Shown: positions 37,278 to 46,914, counted from the stretch's first letter. The stretch: 64,000 nucleotides of DNA from an uncultured Actinomycetota bacterium (GCA_963822335.1 CAWGHE010000007.1:741464-805463); one strand, 5' to 3'. Notes: generated by a model from the letters alone, not told the origin. Numbers and translations are program-made.

Positions 37278-37646
37278 ATGAGCGGGTCAACCGCCTGCGA
37301 GGGGATCACGACGACCGCTTCGTTCGTCGCAAAGGACGGTCGCCGCGCGGGTTGAGCGAGGGGAGCCCGACTCTCACCGCGCCGACGCCTTCCTCGGCGA
37401 CAACAACACTGCCACTGCCAGTGGCGACAACAGCGAGGCCGCCGCCGCCCTCGGCGACAACAACACCGCCACCGCCAGCGGCGACAACAGCCGGGCCCAG
37501 GCTTTCGACGGCGACGGCAACACCGCCACGGCCAGCGGCGACAACAGCCGCGCCGACGCCTCCTCCGGCGACAACAACACCGCCACCGCCAACAGCGACG
37601 CGTGCAGCGCTACGGCCTCCGGCGGCGGGCAGACCGACTCCTGCTA
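37278..37646 (+). other. Repeat-protein ORF (19-aa GDNNTATASGDNSxAxAxx units) lacking an in-frame start as sequenced
   Basis: The frame that is open from 37282 to the TAG at 37644-37646 has high GC3 and encodes ...ADAFL(GDNNTATASGDNSEAAAAL)(GDNNTATASGDNSRAQAFD)(GDGNTATASGDNSRADASS)(GDNNTATANSDACSATASG)GGQTDSC. It contains no ATG, GTG or TTG. An ATG at 37278 lies in the -1 frame (MSGSTACEGITTTASFVAKDG..., stop 37353-37355). Confidence 0.4.
37396..37623 (+). repeat. Four tandem 57-bp repeats
   Basis: Units occupy 37396-37452, 37453-37509, 37510-37566 and 37567-37623, each starting GGCGAC(A/G)(A/G)CAACAC(T/C)GCCAC. Confidence 0.85.
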
Positions 37647-37907
37647 GCCCGAGGCTTTTCACCGGTAGTTCCCGCGGAGGTGCCCTCGCCGGGCGGGCCG
37701 GTCCGGCCCGTTCCTTGATGACGTCGTCCTGCGACACCGGCCGTCCGGCGCGCGGGCTCAGCACGTACTGCCGCGGCGAGGTGAGCGAACTTGCCCGCCG
37801 AGACGTCGCCAGAGCGGCCGAAACACGTGTGTCGATAAATCGTCACCGACGTCGACATCGCTCGTTGGGGGTGTTGGACAGTCCAAACCGGGCCCTGGTC
37901 GAGGAGG

Positions 37908-39023
37908 ATGAAGATGGGCTTAGCGGGACCTTGTCGAACTCGACGCGGCGGTTTGATCGCAGTGTTGGTGGCCGCGCTCGCTGCAACGCTGGTCGCGACG
38001 GGCTCAGCCAGTGCCGGCCAGACCGCGCCGTCGCCGGTGACCGTGCTCGACGCCAACGCCGACTCGCCCAGCGGGGCGGAGTGTCGGGATCTGAGCTTTC
38101 CGGTCCACCAGTTCGCGGGTGATGCGAAGGTGCAGCAGGTCTTCGGTCAATTCTGCAGTCGGGGCGAGATCGATGAGAAGACCCCGGTGCAGATCCTGAT
38201 CCACGGCGGGTCCTACAACCATGCCTACTGGGACTGGCCGTACCAGCCGGGGAAGTACTCCTACGTGGCCGCGGCGACGAAGCAGGGGTACGCCACGCTG
38301 AACATCGACCGACTCGGCTACGGACGTAGTGATCACCCGCTGCCGGTCACGCTCGACTTCCGGGTCGCCGGCTTCGTGACTCACCAGCTGGTGCAGTACC
38401 TACGCTCGGGAGCGGTGGGGCCACGGTTCGACAGGGTGATCCTCAACGGACATTCGATGGGTGGTCTGACCGCCCAGCGCGAGGCGTCGGCGTACAGGGA
38501 CGTCGACGGCGTGATCGTCACCGGGGTGGGACACAACTTCGCGCCGAAGGGCATCGCCCAGGTCGCTGACAAGTTCTACCCCGCCGATCTCGATCCGAAG
38601 TTCCAGGGCAAGATCCCCCCGGGCTATCTGACGACGCTTCCGGGCAACCGGGCAAAGACCTTCGTGCAGCCCGGTGACTACGACCCGGGGATCGAGCCGA
38701 TCGAGGAGGAGCTCAAGGACACGCTGAGCCCCACGGAGCTCACCGGGATCACGGCGGATTCCTACGACCCCAGCATCACCCGCGGGATCGAGGCGCCCGT
38801 GCTCTACGCGCTGGGCCAGCACGACCTGATCTGGTGCCCGACGACCGAGGACTGCAACACCGACCCCCAGTTCGCCGCCGAGGGCAGCTTCTACGGCCCG
38901 AAGGCGCAGTACAGCAGCTACGTCGTACCGGAATCGGCCCACTCGGTGAACGTCACCAGCTCGGCGCCGCAGTTCTACCGGGAGACGTTCTCCTGGCTGG
39001 CCGACAAGGGTCTCGCGCCCTGA
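37908..39023 (+). CDS. Secreted alpha/beta hydrolase (signal peptide)
   Basis: RBS GAGGAGGA plus ATG at 37908. N-terminal signal MKMGLAGPCRTRRGGLIAVLVAALAATLVATGSASA. Nucleophile elbow NGHSMGG. Lower-GC, hydrophilic mature part. Confidence 0.8.
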   Translation: MKMGLAGPCRTRRGGLIAVLVAALAATLVATGSASAGQTAPSPVTVLDANADSPSGAECRDLSFPVHQFAGDAKVQQVFGQFCSRGEIDEKTPVQILIHGGSYNHAYWDWPYQPGKYSYVAAATKQGYATLNIDRLGYGRSDHPLPVTLDFRVAGFVTHQLVQYLRSGAVGPRFDRVILNGHSMGGLTAQREASAYRDVDGVIVTGVGHNFAPKGIAQVADKFYPADLDPKFQGKIPPGYLTTLPGNRAKTFVQPGDYDPGIEPIEEELKDTLSPTELTGITADSYDPSITRGIEAPVLYALGQHDLIWCPTTEDCNTDPQFAAEGSFYGPKAQYSSYVVPESAHSVNVTSSAPQFYRETFSWLADKGLAP

Positions 39024-39140
39024 CCGCGCAGCGCCGGTAGTCGTGGCACCGGCCGGCCGGGCGAACGCGACACCGGGCGTCGAGTCCGTGTGCGGTTCGC
39101 TCGGTCGGCCTATTGCTCCATCGAACAACTGTGTCCATAG

Positions 39141-39158
39141 TTCGACAGTACTGTCGAA
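39141..39158. promoter_or_regulatory. Perfect 18-bp palindrome, candidate operator
   Basis: TTCGACAGTACTGTCGAA ends 13 nt before the ATG at 39172 and just before its RBS (CAGGAGG). A related half-site, TCGAACAACTGTG, lies at 39121-39133. Confidence 0.5.
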
Positions 39159-39171
39159 CAGGAGGCGAGAC

Positions 39172-40050
39172 ATGGCAACGGTGTCAACGTTCGAGGTCGA
39201 GGTGGGCGGTCAGCGGCTGAGCGGGCGGGCTGCTGAACCGGACGGACGGGCGCGAGCGATCGTGTTCGCCTTGCACGGCGGGTCCTATTCGAGTCGCTAC
39301 TACGACCTTCGTGCCGCGTCTCGCGCGTCGGCGTTGCAGAACTACGCGAGCTTGGGCTATCGGGTGATCGCACTGGACCGCCCCGGATACGGCGCCGCGG
39401 ACGACATCGCGCCTGAGGCGGCCGGCTTCACCGCCCAAGCCGACGCCCTCCGCGCCGCCGTGGTCCAGCTTCACGGGGACCGCGGCGAGGGACTTCCCGT
39501 CTTCCTGATCGGCCACTCGATCGGGGGCATGATCGCGATGATGGTTGCTGCCGGCGACGTCGCTGCACCGCTGCGCGGCGTCATGGCGTCGGGGATGGGC
39601 ATGGTGTGGCAGCCGGGGATCCTGGAGATGTGGAGCTCGCTGATCAGCGAGGACTCGCATGTCCCGGTGCCGAACGAGGCCCGCGATAAGATCATGTTCG
39701 CCGCCGAGCCGGCCCTGGTGGACCCGGCGGTCCAGCGCGAGGCGGGTGCGGACCTGCAACCCATCCCGGCCGAGGAATTACGCGGCGCGGTCGCCTGGCA
39801 CGAGACGATGCCGGTGGTGGCCGCGGATATCCGCGTCCCCGTGCTGCACGTTCTGCCTGAGCACGACGGCATCTGGGCCTCAGACGAGCACGCGCAACGG
39901 CAGGCAGCCACCGCGCTCAAGGCCGTCGACGGCGCGGCCGTGACGGTGCAGCGGGCCGCCGGCCACTGCCTCGACGCCCACCGGGCCGGTTACGCCCATC
40001 ACCTCGCGACCGCCTCGTTCCTCGAGACCTGTCTCGCCGCTCGTCCGTGA
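39172..40050 (+). CDS. Alpha/beta hydrolase
   Basis: ATG at 39172 within ORF 39043..40050. IVFALHGGSYSSRYY, nucleophile elbow IGHSIGG, C-terminal AAGHCLD. Confidence 0.8.
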   Translation: MATVSTFEVEVGGQRLSGRAAEPDGRARAIVFALHGGSYSSRYYDLRAASRASALQNYASLGYRVIALDRPGYGAADDIAPEAAGFTAQADALRAAVVQLHGDRGEGLPVFLIGHSIGGMIAMMVAAGDVAAPLRGVMASGMGMVWQPGILEMWSSLISEDSHVPVPNEARDKIMFAAEPALVDPAVQREAGADLQPIPAEELRGAVAWHETMPVVAADIRVPVLHVLPEHDGIWASDEHAQRQAATALKAVDGAAVTVQRAAGHCLDAHRAGYAHHLATASFLETCLAARP

Positions 40051-40171
40051 CCGGCCTCGTCACGAACTACGCGCTCCCGCCTGTGCGTACCACGAGTGTC
40101 GGGAAATCGACGGATCTGTTGCAGACACATATCCCGCCCGCAGAACGCGGGCTGACTCCAGGAGGTTATCG

Positions 40172-41528
40172 GTGACCACGACGATGGTCCGCCCCCGCGC
40201 GGCGTTTGCAGCGGTCGGCCTCTGTTTCGGTGCGATCGTGTTCGACGGGTACGACCTGATCGTCTACGGCTCTGTCGTACCGGCCCTGCTGCACTATGAG
40301 CCGTGGGGCCTCACCGCGGCCGAGGTCGGCGCGATCGGCAGCTACGCGCTGGTCGGGATGTTCCTCGGGGCGATCGCCTCGGGAGCGCTGACCGACCTGA
40401 TCGGACGGCGAAGGCTGTTCATCATCTCGCTCACCTGGTTCTCAGTGATGATGCTGCTGGCCGCGACGGCGCCCACCCCGGAGCTGCTGGGCTTGTTCCG
40501 CTTCCTGGCCGGGCTGGGATTCGGCGGCATCCCGCCCACCGCCATCGCGCTGGTCGTCGAGGTGGCGCCGATCGCACGGCGCCAGGTGGTCAACGGCCTG
40601 ATGCTCTGCGGATTCCCGGTCGGTGGAGTGGCGGCCGCGGTGCTGGCGATAGTGCTGCTCGAGCCGGTCGGGTTCCGAACGCTGTTCGCCGTCGGCGCGC
40701 TACCCCTGGTGACGCTCGTGCCGCTCGCGGTGTGGCTGCTTCCCGAGTCGCCGAGCTTCGTCCGCCGAGAACGGGGCGCCGTCCGGGGGTCGCAACCGCG
40801 CGAGATCGCGCAGCTGCTGAAGGGCCGCGCCGCCGTCGCCACGGCGCTTCTTCGTCGTCGCCAACTTCTGCGGATTCCTGCTGGTGTTCGGTCTGAACAC
40901 CTGGCTGCCGCAGCTGATGCGGGGCGCCGGATTTGCGCTCGGATCGGCACTGGCGTTCTTGCTGGTGCTCAACCTCGGGGCGATCGCAGGCGGCCTGGCC
41001 GGATCGGCGCTCGCGGATCGCTACGGCGGTCGGTGGGTGGCGACGACCCTGTTCGTCCTCGCGGTCGTGGCATTGGCGTTGATCGCCGTGCCTCTGCCGA
41101 CCGCGGTGCTCTACCTGCTGGTGTTCCTCGCCGGGGCGGCGACCACCGGCAACCAGATCGTGGTCTACGGCTACGTGGCGACGTATTACCCGCCCGTGCG
41201 ACGCGCCACTGCGCTCGGGCTGAGCAGCGGCATCGGTCGACTCGGCGCGGTGACCGGACCCGTCCTGGGCGGGGCGCTCGTCGCCGCCGGACTCGGTCTC
41301 GACTGGAACGTCGGCGTGTTCGCCCTGGTCGCCGTCGTCGGAGCCGTCGCCTGTGCGCTCGTACCGCGGCTCGTGGGGACCCCGGTCGGCGGGGCTGGTC
41401 CTGTGCCCTCGGCCGGTGCCGGCCGGGGGCCCGGCTCGCACGCCGAGCCGGCCGACGAGCCGGCTACACCTGCACCGACGGCCGGAGGTGCCGCCGGATC
41501 GGTTCGTGAAGAGGGGGTCTCGACATGA
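40172..41528 (+). CDS. MFS transporter (aromatic-acid/H+ symporter-like); frame broken near 40843-40848
   Basis: GTG at 40172. FDGYDLIVYGSVVPAL, GALTDLIGRRRLF (MFS motif A-like), LAGLGFGGIPP. The +1 frame then gives FFVVANFCGFLLVFGLNTWLPQLM...LADRYGGRW...(ORF 40884..41528). Confidence 0.8.
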
Positions 41529-42355
41529 CGGTGAACGCCCTCAGTCCGAAGCGGCTGCCCGACGTGAGGCAGGATGTTCCTCACAGCAGATCGGCAGAGC
41601 AAGGTGGGGCATCGATGGCGCGGCAGCACAACCGCCGACGACTCGTGTCCAACGAGCTGCTCGAGCACTCGGCCCGGCTGTTCGCATCCCAGGGCTACGG
41701 CAACACCTCCTTCCAGGACATCGCCGACGCAATGGGCATCAGTCGCCCCGCGCTGTACCACTACGTCAGCAACAAAGAGGAGATCCTCGCCGCGCTCGTG
41801 CGCGACGTCCTCGAACGCGTCGTCGAGATCCTCGAGCAGGTCCGCAGCCGCGACGACCTCACCGAAGACGCTCGCGTCGAAGAGGCCCTCCGTCAGATCA
41901 TCGTCAACAACGCGCGCAACACCACTCGGTTCCGCCTGCTCGATCGCAGCGAACCCGACCTGCCCGTCGAGATCGCCGAGATGCACCGCCAGGCCCGCCG
42001 CCGCGTCCTGGAGCTGCTCACCGGTCTGATCGACGACGCCACGAACGCGGGCCGGTTTCGCCCGCTCCCCGCGCGAACCGTCGCCCTGGGCATGCTGGGC
42101 ATGGCCAACTGGGTCGCGTGGTGGTACCGCGCGGGCACGGACGGCGATGCCGAGGCAGTCGCCGATGTGCTCACCGACCTCGCCATGACCGGTGTACGCC
42201 GGGGGGACGACCGTCAGGTCCAGCCCGGCCCCTGGGCGGCGCTCGCCCTGCTCAAGGAAGACATCAGCCACCTCGAGAGCGCCCTGTCGACCACTCTGTC
42301 CGAGCCCGGTCGCGGTGCCACGGGGTCCGACCCGGATCCGGGTCCGCAGGACTAG
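41525..42355 (+). CDS. TetR-family transcriptional regulator
   Basis: ORF 41525..42355(+); ATGA overlap with the MFS gene. An alternative start at ATG 41615 (MARQHNRRRL) follows AGGTGGGG. LLEHSARLFASQGYGNTSFQDIADAMGISRPALYHYVSNKEEIL is the TetR HTH. Confidence 0.88.
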   Translation: MTVNALSPKRLPDVRQDVPHSRSAEQGGASMARQHNRRRLVSNELLEHSARLFASQGYGNTSFQDIADAMGISRPALYHYVSNKEEILAALVRDVLERVVEILEQVRSRDDLTEDARVEEALRQIIVNNARNTTRFRLLDRSEPDLPVEIAEMHRQARRRVLELLTGLIDDATNAGRFRPLPARTVALGMLGMANWVAWWYRAGTDGDAEAVADVLTDLAMTGVRRGDDRQVQPGPWAALALLKEDISHLESALSTTLSEPGRGATGSDPDPGPQD

Positions 42356-42399
42356 TCACTTCCGATTCTCACGCTGTTCTTCGCATGCCACGCATGTCC

Positions 42400-42427
42400 T
42401 TGACATGTATGTCGATAGTTTTACAAT
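42400..42427 (+). promoter_or_regulatory. Near-consensus sigma-70-type promoter (TTGACA-N16-TACAAT) with an overlapping small inverted repeat
   Basis: TTGACA at 42400-42405 and TACAAT at 42422-42427, in an unusually AT-rich spacer. GACATGTATGTC (GACAT-N2-ATGTC) overlaps the -35 element. RBS GAGGAG at 42441-42446, ATG at 42452. Confidence 0.55.
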
Positions 42428-42451
42428 CGTGTTGGGTTCAGAGGAGTTGCC

Positions 42452-44134
42452 ATGCTGATCGACACCGAGACGTCGCCGCCCTTCCCGCCGGAGCGGGCCG
42501 CGCGCTACCGACGCGAGGGCCTGTGGACGGGAGAGGCGCTCGGTGCCGCGCTCCGTCGGGTGGCTCAGGCGCACTCCGACCGGCTCGCGCTGGTCACCGT
42601 CGAGGATCGAGTGACCTACGCCGAGCTAGACGAGCTGAGCGAGAGCTTCGGCGCCGGGCTGCTGGGATCCACCCCGTTGCGGACCGGCGACCGGGTGATG
42701 TTCCAACTCGGCAATGAGATCGAGACCGTGGTCGCCTACTACGGGTGCCTCAAGGCCGGGATCATCCCGGTCTGCACCTTGCCCCAGCACGGGGAACGCG
42801 AGATCGGCCAGCTCGCCGAGCACACGGGCGCGCGCGGCCACATCGTGCAGGCCGACTTCCGCAACCGTGACCTGACCGACCTCGCGCAGCGGGTGCAGCA
42901 CGAGGTCGACGTCCTGGACATACTCATCGTCACCCGCGGCGCCGTCCCCCTCCCGGCGTACTCGTACGACCGGATCCTGAACGCCGGTCGCGAATCGCGG
43001 GCCCGCGAGGAGCTGGCAAGGGTCGAGATCGACCCGGGCGGGTTGGTCGCACTCCAGCTGTCCGGCGGCACCACCGGGCTGCCGAAGGTGGCCCCGCGCC
43101 GGCACGAGGAATACCTCTACAACTCTCGCGTGTGGGCGCAGGCGCTCGACCTCACCGAGGACTCGGTGTTGCTGCACCCGCTGCCGATCATGCACAACGC
43201 GGGTACCGCGGCAGCGTTGCAGCCGGTGCACCTCGTCGGCGGCACCTGCGTGCTGGCTCCGGGGGCCGACCCGGGCCCGCTGCTGGAGCTGATCGCGAAG
43301 GAACAGGTCACGGTGGTGCCGGTCGTGCCTCCGGCCGTGGCGATCCGGATGCTCGAGCACCCGCAGGCCCGCGACACCGACCTGAGCAGCCTGCGCCGGT
43401 TCGTGCTCGGCGGCCAGCGCCCGAGCGCGGACCTGATCGAACGTCTCGACCGGGAGCTGGGCATCCGGGCGCTGCAGATGTTCGGGATGGCCGAGGGGAT
43501 GTTCCTCTACACCCCGCCCGACGCCCCCGAGCAGGCTCGGACCGGCACCGTCGGCACGCCGATCTCACCGGCCGACGAGGTACGCGTCCTCGACATCGCC
43601 GACGAACAGGAGGTGCCGGACGGGGAGCTCGGAGAGCTGGCGTGCCGGGGCCCGTACACGATCAATGGCTACTACCGGGCCGCCCGGCACAACGCCACTG
43701 CGTTCACCTCCGACGGGTTCTACCGCACCGGTGACCTGGTCACCCGCCACGTCATGGGCGGCCGGGACTACTACGCGATCGACGGGCGGATCAAGGACGT
43801 CATCAACCGCGGCGCCGAGAAGATCCATGCCGAGGAGCTCGAGGAACTGCTCGTGCACTACCCGAACGTCCGCAACGCCGCCGTGGTCGCCATGCCAGAC
43901 CCTGTTCTCGGCGAGCGGATCTGCGCCTACCTCGTCGTCGCCGCCGGCGCCGAGTCGCCGACTGTCCTCTCGGTTGGCGAGTACCTGCTCGGTCGGGGAC
44001 TGGCGAAGTTCAAGTTGCCCGAACGGATCGAAGTGCTCGACGCGTTCCCGCTGACCAACGTCGGCAAGGTCTCGAAGAAGGACCTGCGGGCGGACATCGA
44101 AGAGAAGATCGAGAAGGAGAGCGTCGCGTCATGA
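42452..44134 (+). CDS. Aryl-acid adenylating enzyme / aryl-CoA ligase (DhbE/EntE-like AMP-binding family)
   Basis: ORF 42452..44134(+). ALQLSGGTTGLPKVAPRRH, YRTGDLV, GRIKDVINRGAEKI, KLPERIEVLDAFPLTNVGKVSKKDL. Confidence 0.88.
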   Translation: MLIDTETSPPFPPERAARYRREGLWTGEALGAALRRVAQAHSDRLALVTVEDRVTYAELDELSESFGAGLLGSTPLRTGDRVMFQLGNEIETVVAYYGCLKAGIIPVCTLPQHGEREIGQLAEHTGARGHIVQADFRNRDLTDLAQRVQHEVDVLDILIVTRGAVPLPAYSYDRILNAGRESRAREELARVEIDPGGLVALQLSGGTTGLPKVAPRRHEEYLYNSRVWAQALDLTEDSVLLHPLPIMHNAGTAAALQPVHLVGGTCVLAPGADPGPLLELIAKEQVTVVPVVPPAVAIRMLEHPQARDTDLSSLRRFVLGGQRPSADLIERLDRELGIRALQMFGMAEGMFLYTPPDAPEQARTGTVGTPISPADEVRVLDIADEQEVPDGELGELACRGPYTINGYYRAARHNATAFTSDGFYRTGDLVTRHVMGGRDYYAIDGRIKDVINRGAEKIHAEELEELLVHYPNVRNAAVVAMPDPVLGERICAYLVVAAGAESPTVLSVGEYLLGRGLAKFKLPERIEVLDAFPLTNVGKVSKKDLRADIEEKIEKESVAS

Positions 44135-45753
44135 GGCTCGATAGCATCGCCGTCATCGGCGGCGGCCCGGGCGGACTGTACGCCGCGCGACTGCTCAAGC
44201 TGGCCCATCCCGACGCCGTCGTGCGGGTGTACGAGCAGGGGAGGCCGGAGAAGACCTTCGGCTTCGGTGTCGCGGTCGCCGGGCGCACCCAGCGCAACCT
44301 CGAGGAGGCCGATCCGGCCACCCAAGCCGACATCATCGAAGCCGGTCGGCCGCACGACATGCGAATGCTGGTCGGTGGCCGAGCGGCGCGGGTCCACAAC
44401 GGACCGCTGATCGGCATTGCACGCCCCACGTTGCTCGACGTGCTCGACCGGCACGCACGGGCCGCCGGCGTGGACCTGCACTACGGCGAGCGCCGCCAGC
44501 TCGACGATCTCGACGCCGACCTGGTCGTCGTCGCCGACGGGGTGAGCAGCCAGACCCGCACCGACCACGCCGAGGACTTCGGCGCCGAGGTCGAGACGGC
44601 CGGCGGGCTCTACCTCTGGGCCGGGGCGGACTTCGCGCTCGAGACGGCGATCTTCGCGCCCGTGACGACCGCGCACGGCACGTTCGTCACACACGCCTAC
44701 CCGTACGCGGCCGACCGCAGCACGTTCTTGATCGAGACTGACGAGGCGACGTGGCGCGCGGCGGGTTTCGATGCGACCACCGAGGAGACCGCCGCGGAGG
44801 AGTCCGACACCGCGGCGCTGGCCTACCTGGAGGAGGCCTTCGCCGAGCATCTCGACGGTCACCACCTGATCGGCAACCGAACCCGCTGGCTGCGGTTCCG
44901 TACCGTGCACTGCCGGCACTGGACCCGCGGCAACGCCGTGCTGCTCGGCGACGCCGCGCACACGGCGCACTACTCGGTCGGCTCGGGCACCAAGCTGGCG
45001 ATGGAGGACGCGATCGCCCTGCGCGATGCCATCGCCGGTGCCTCCGACCTGCCGACCGCGCTGGCCACCTACGAGCACGGACGTCGCCCCCAGGTCGAGC
45101 GGCTCCAGGAACTGGCACGACGTAGCCGGCTGTGGTGGGACTCCTTCCCGCAGCGCACCACGCTCCCTGTCGACCAACTGATGCTCGCCTACATGACCCG
45201 GACCGGGAACGTGGGGTTGCAGCGCTTCACCGGGACGAACCCGGACATCGTCCAGCGCGGCCTCGGCCAGTTCGCCGGCCTCCACCCGTCCCAGGTGCCG
45301 GTCGAGGGTGTCGTCGACTGGGTGCTCGGCCGCCCGCTCGTCCACGGCGACCGCGAGTGGGCCACCCGGATCTTGACCTCCACCGATCGGGAGCGGCTGT
45401 GCGCGCCGGCCCCGGACACCGCGACCCCGCCGCCGACCGGCGCAGAGCTCGCCCTCGTCACCGTCGACATCGATGACCCCTGGAGCCGGGAGTCCGACAC
45501 CCAGGTCAAGGAACTCCACGCCCTCGTCCTCGCCGGCTGGAGCGGGTTCTGGCTAACCGGATCGCAGACGCGCCGGAACGTGCTGACCCGCCTCGACCTC
45601 GGCGAGCGGCTTCGTGCCGAAACCACGGGACTGGTCGTCGTCGACGGCCCGGCCTCGTGCGCCGACGACTTCGCCGCAGGCGTCGCCGCCGCCCGCACGC
45701 ACCTGGTCTGCCCCCTACCCTCCGCCGTCGCACCGGCGGACGCGACCGACTGA
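44131..45753 (+). CDS. FAD-dependent monooxygenase of the aryl-CoA hydroxylase type (anthraniloyl-CoA monooxygenase / salicyloyl-CoA 5-hydroxylase-like N-terminal domain)
   Basis: ORF 44131..45753(+); ATGA overlap with the ligase gene. IAVIGGGPGGLYAA (GxGxxG), VVVADGVSS, LLGDAAHTAHYSVGSGTKLAMEDA. Confidence 0.75.
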   Translation: MRLDSIAVIGGGPGGLYAARLLKLAHPDAVVRVYEQGRPEKTFGFGVAVAGRTQRNLEEADPATQADIIEAGRPHDMRMLVGGRAARVHNGPLIGIARPTLLDVLDRHARAAGVDLHYGERRQLDDLDADLVVVADGVSSQTRTDHAEDFGAEVETAGGLYLWAGADFALETAIFAPVTTAHGTFVTHAYPYAADRSTFLIETDEATWRAAGFDATTEETAAEESDTAALAYLEEAFAEHLDGHHLIGNRTRWLRFRTVHCRHWTRGNAVLLGDAAHTAHYSVGSGTKLAMEDAIALRDAIAGASDLPTALATYEHGRRPQVERLQELARRSRLWWDSFPQRTTLPVDQLMLAYMTRTGNVGLQRFTGTNPDIVQRGLGQFAGLHPSQVPVEGVVDWVLGRPLVHGDREWATRILTSTDRERLCAPAPDTATPPPTGAELALVTVDIDDPWSRESDTQVKELHALVLAGWSGFWLTGSQTRRNVLTRLDLGERLRAETTGLVVVDGPASCADDFAAGVAAARTHLVCPLPSAVAPADATD

Positions 45754-45802
45754 CGACGTCGAGCGATTGCCGCTCGCAGGCGAGCAATCTTGAGGAGAAA
45801 CC

Positions 45803-46504
45803 GTGAGCGAGAACAACATCCAGACCGAACACCGGGTGAAGGGCGTCGACCACGCCGCGTTCCCGACCTTCGACCCAGCTGCGACGGTCCGCTTCTACCG
45901 CGACACGCTGAAGTTTCCCGTCGTGCACTCCATCTGCGCTGCCGGCTGGGGCCCTGAGGACCACCCGGACTTCATCCACTTCTTCTTCGACATCGGCAAC
46001 GACGACCGCATCGCCTTCTTCTACTACTTCGGTCTCGACCCGGCCGCGGTCGGCGCCACCGGCGCGGCCGGCCCCGAGGGACCGGTGGCGACCAAGGGTG
46101 ACGTCTACGCCCGCTTCACCGCCGCAGCGCCGGACTTCTTCGTCCGCTCGCGCCACCTGGCCATCCACGTCGACTCGGAAGATGACCTGCTCGAGTACCG
46201 GCGCCGCCTCGACGGGAGTTCCTGGCCGTGCGAGATGCAGGTCAAGCACGAGACGATCGAGTCGATCTACACCCACGACCCCAACGGCTACATGGTCGAG
46301 ATCACCCGTGCGCTGCGCCCCGTCACCCCGCAAGAGGATCTCGACGCCGAGCTGACCATCGACGCGCTCTGCGAGGTCGCCTCGGGCCCCGAGCCGTCGT
46401 TGGACAAGTTGCTCACCCGCAAGGCCGAGCTGATCGTCGGACGGGCCGCCGCGTGGGAGGCAGCCCGGCAGGCGTCCGCCCCCGCCGAGGAGGTGACGAC
46501 GTGA
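45803..46504 (+). CDS. VOC-superfamily (glyoxalase/extradiol-dioxygenase fold) protein
   Basis: GTG at 45803 after GAGGAGAA. VDHAAFPTFDPAATVRFYRDTLKF, HLAIHVDSEDDL, IESIYTHDPNGYMVEI. Confidence 0.75.
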   Translation: MSENNIQTEHRVKGVDHAAFPTFDPAATVRFYRDTLKFPVVHSICAAGWGPEDHPDFIHFFFDIGNDDRIAFFYYFGLDPAAVGATGAAGPEGPVATKGDVYARFTAAAPDFFVRSRHLAIHVDSEDDLLEYRRRLDGSSWPCEMQVKHETIESIYTHDPNGYMVEITRALRPVTPQEDLDAELTIDALCEVASGPEPSLDKLLTRKAELIVGRAAAWEAARQASAPAEEVTT

Positions 46505-46821
46505 CCGCGGTGTTCGTGCTCGACGTACCGGAGAACGAGGGCGTCGTCGCGGTCGCCGAACAGGACGCCCTGCTCCAAGTGGAGAAGGTCGGGCCGTACT
46601 ACCGGATCGCCCTCGGCGACGCCGAGGACCCTGACGCCGCCGGCACGACCGGGTCCGGCGATGACGTCGGTGCGGGCTGCACCAGCACCCGCTCCCAGAT
46701 CGTCATCGACCGCCGGGCCACCGGATGCCGGCACGCCGTCTGGTACTCCGCGCTGGCCGGGTTGCAGGACGCCCGGGTGGTACAGCACGACAAGAACGCG
46801 TTGCGTCTGATCCGCCGCTGA
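46501..46821 (+). CDS. Small hypothetical protein, 106 aa
   Basis: The GTG overlaps the VOC stop (GTGA at 46501-46504). High GC3. VTAVFVLDVPENEGVVAVAEQDALLQVEKVGPYYRIALGD...RHAVWYSALAGL. I cannot assign a family with confidence. Confidence 0.5.
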   Translation: MTAVFVLDVPENEGVVAVAEQDALLQVEKVGPYYRIALGDAEDPDAAGTTGSGDDVGAGCTSTRSQIVIDRRATGCRHAVWYSALAGLQDARVVQHDKNALRLIRR

Positions 46822-46914
46822 GACCCGGACACGGGCCCATGCCCGACGCGGCGTGGGCCCGGTGTCTCCTGTCCGTCGCGGCCGGCCACCGGTCGCCCAA
46901 CGAAACCAGGAACG

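Noticed and set aside
37306-38122. ORF-track entries 37352..38122(+), 37306..37764(-) and 37374..37592(-), considered as real genes.
   Set aside because: They are alternate readings of the 57-bp tandem repeats (poly-Thr/Pro/Ala or Ala/Val/Leu strings) with poorer third-position GC than the GDNNTATAS frame. The plus-strand ORF also runs into the start of the signal-peptide hydrolase gene.
46501-46821. Assigning the 106-aa protein to the MmoB/DmpM family of small monooxygenase effector proteins.
   Set aside because: There is only a vague by-eye resemblance in size and pattern, and no multicomponent diiron monooxygenase genes are nearby. I left it as hypothetical.
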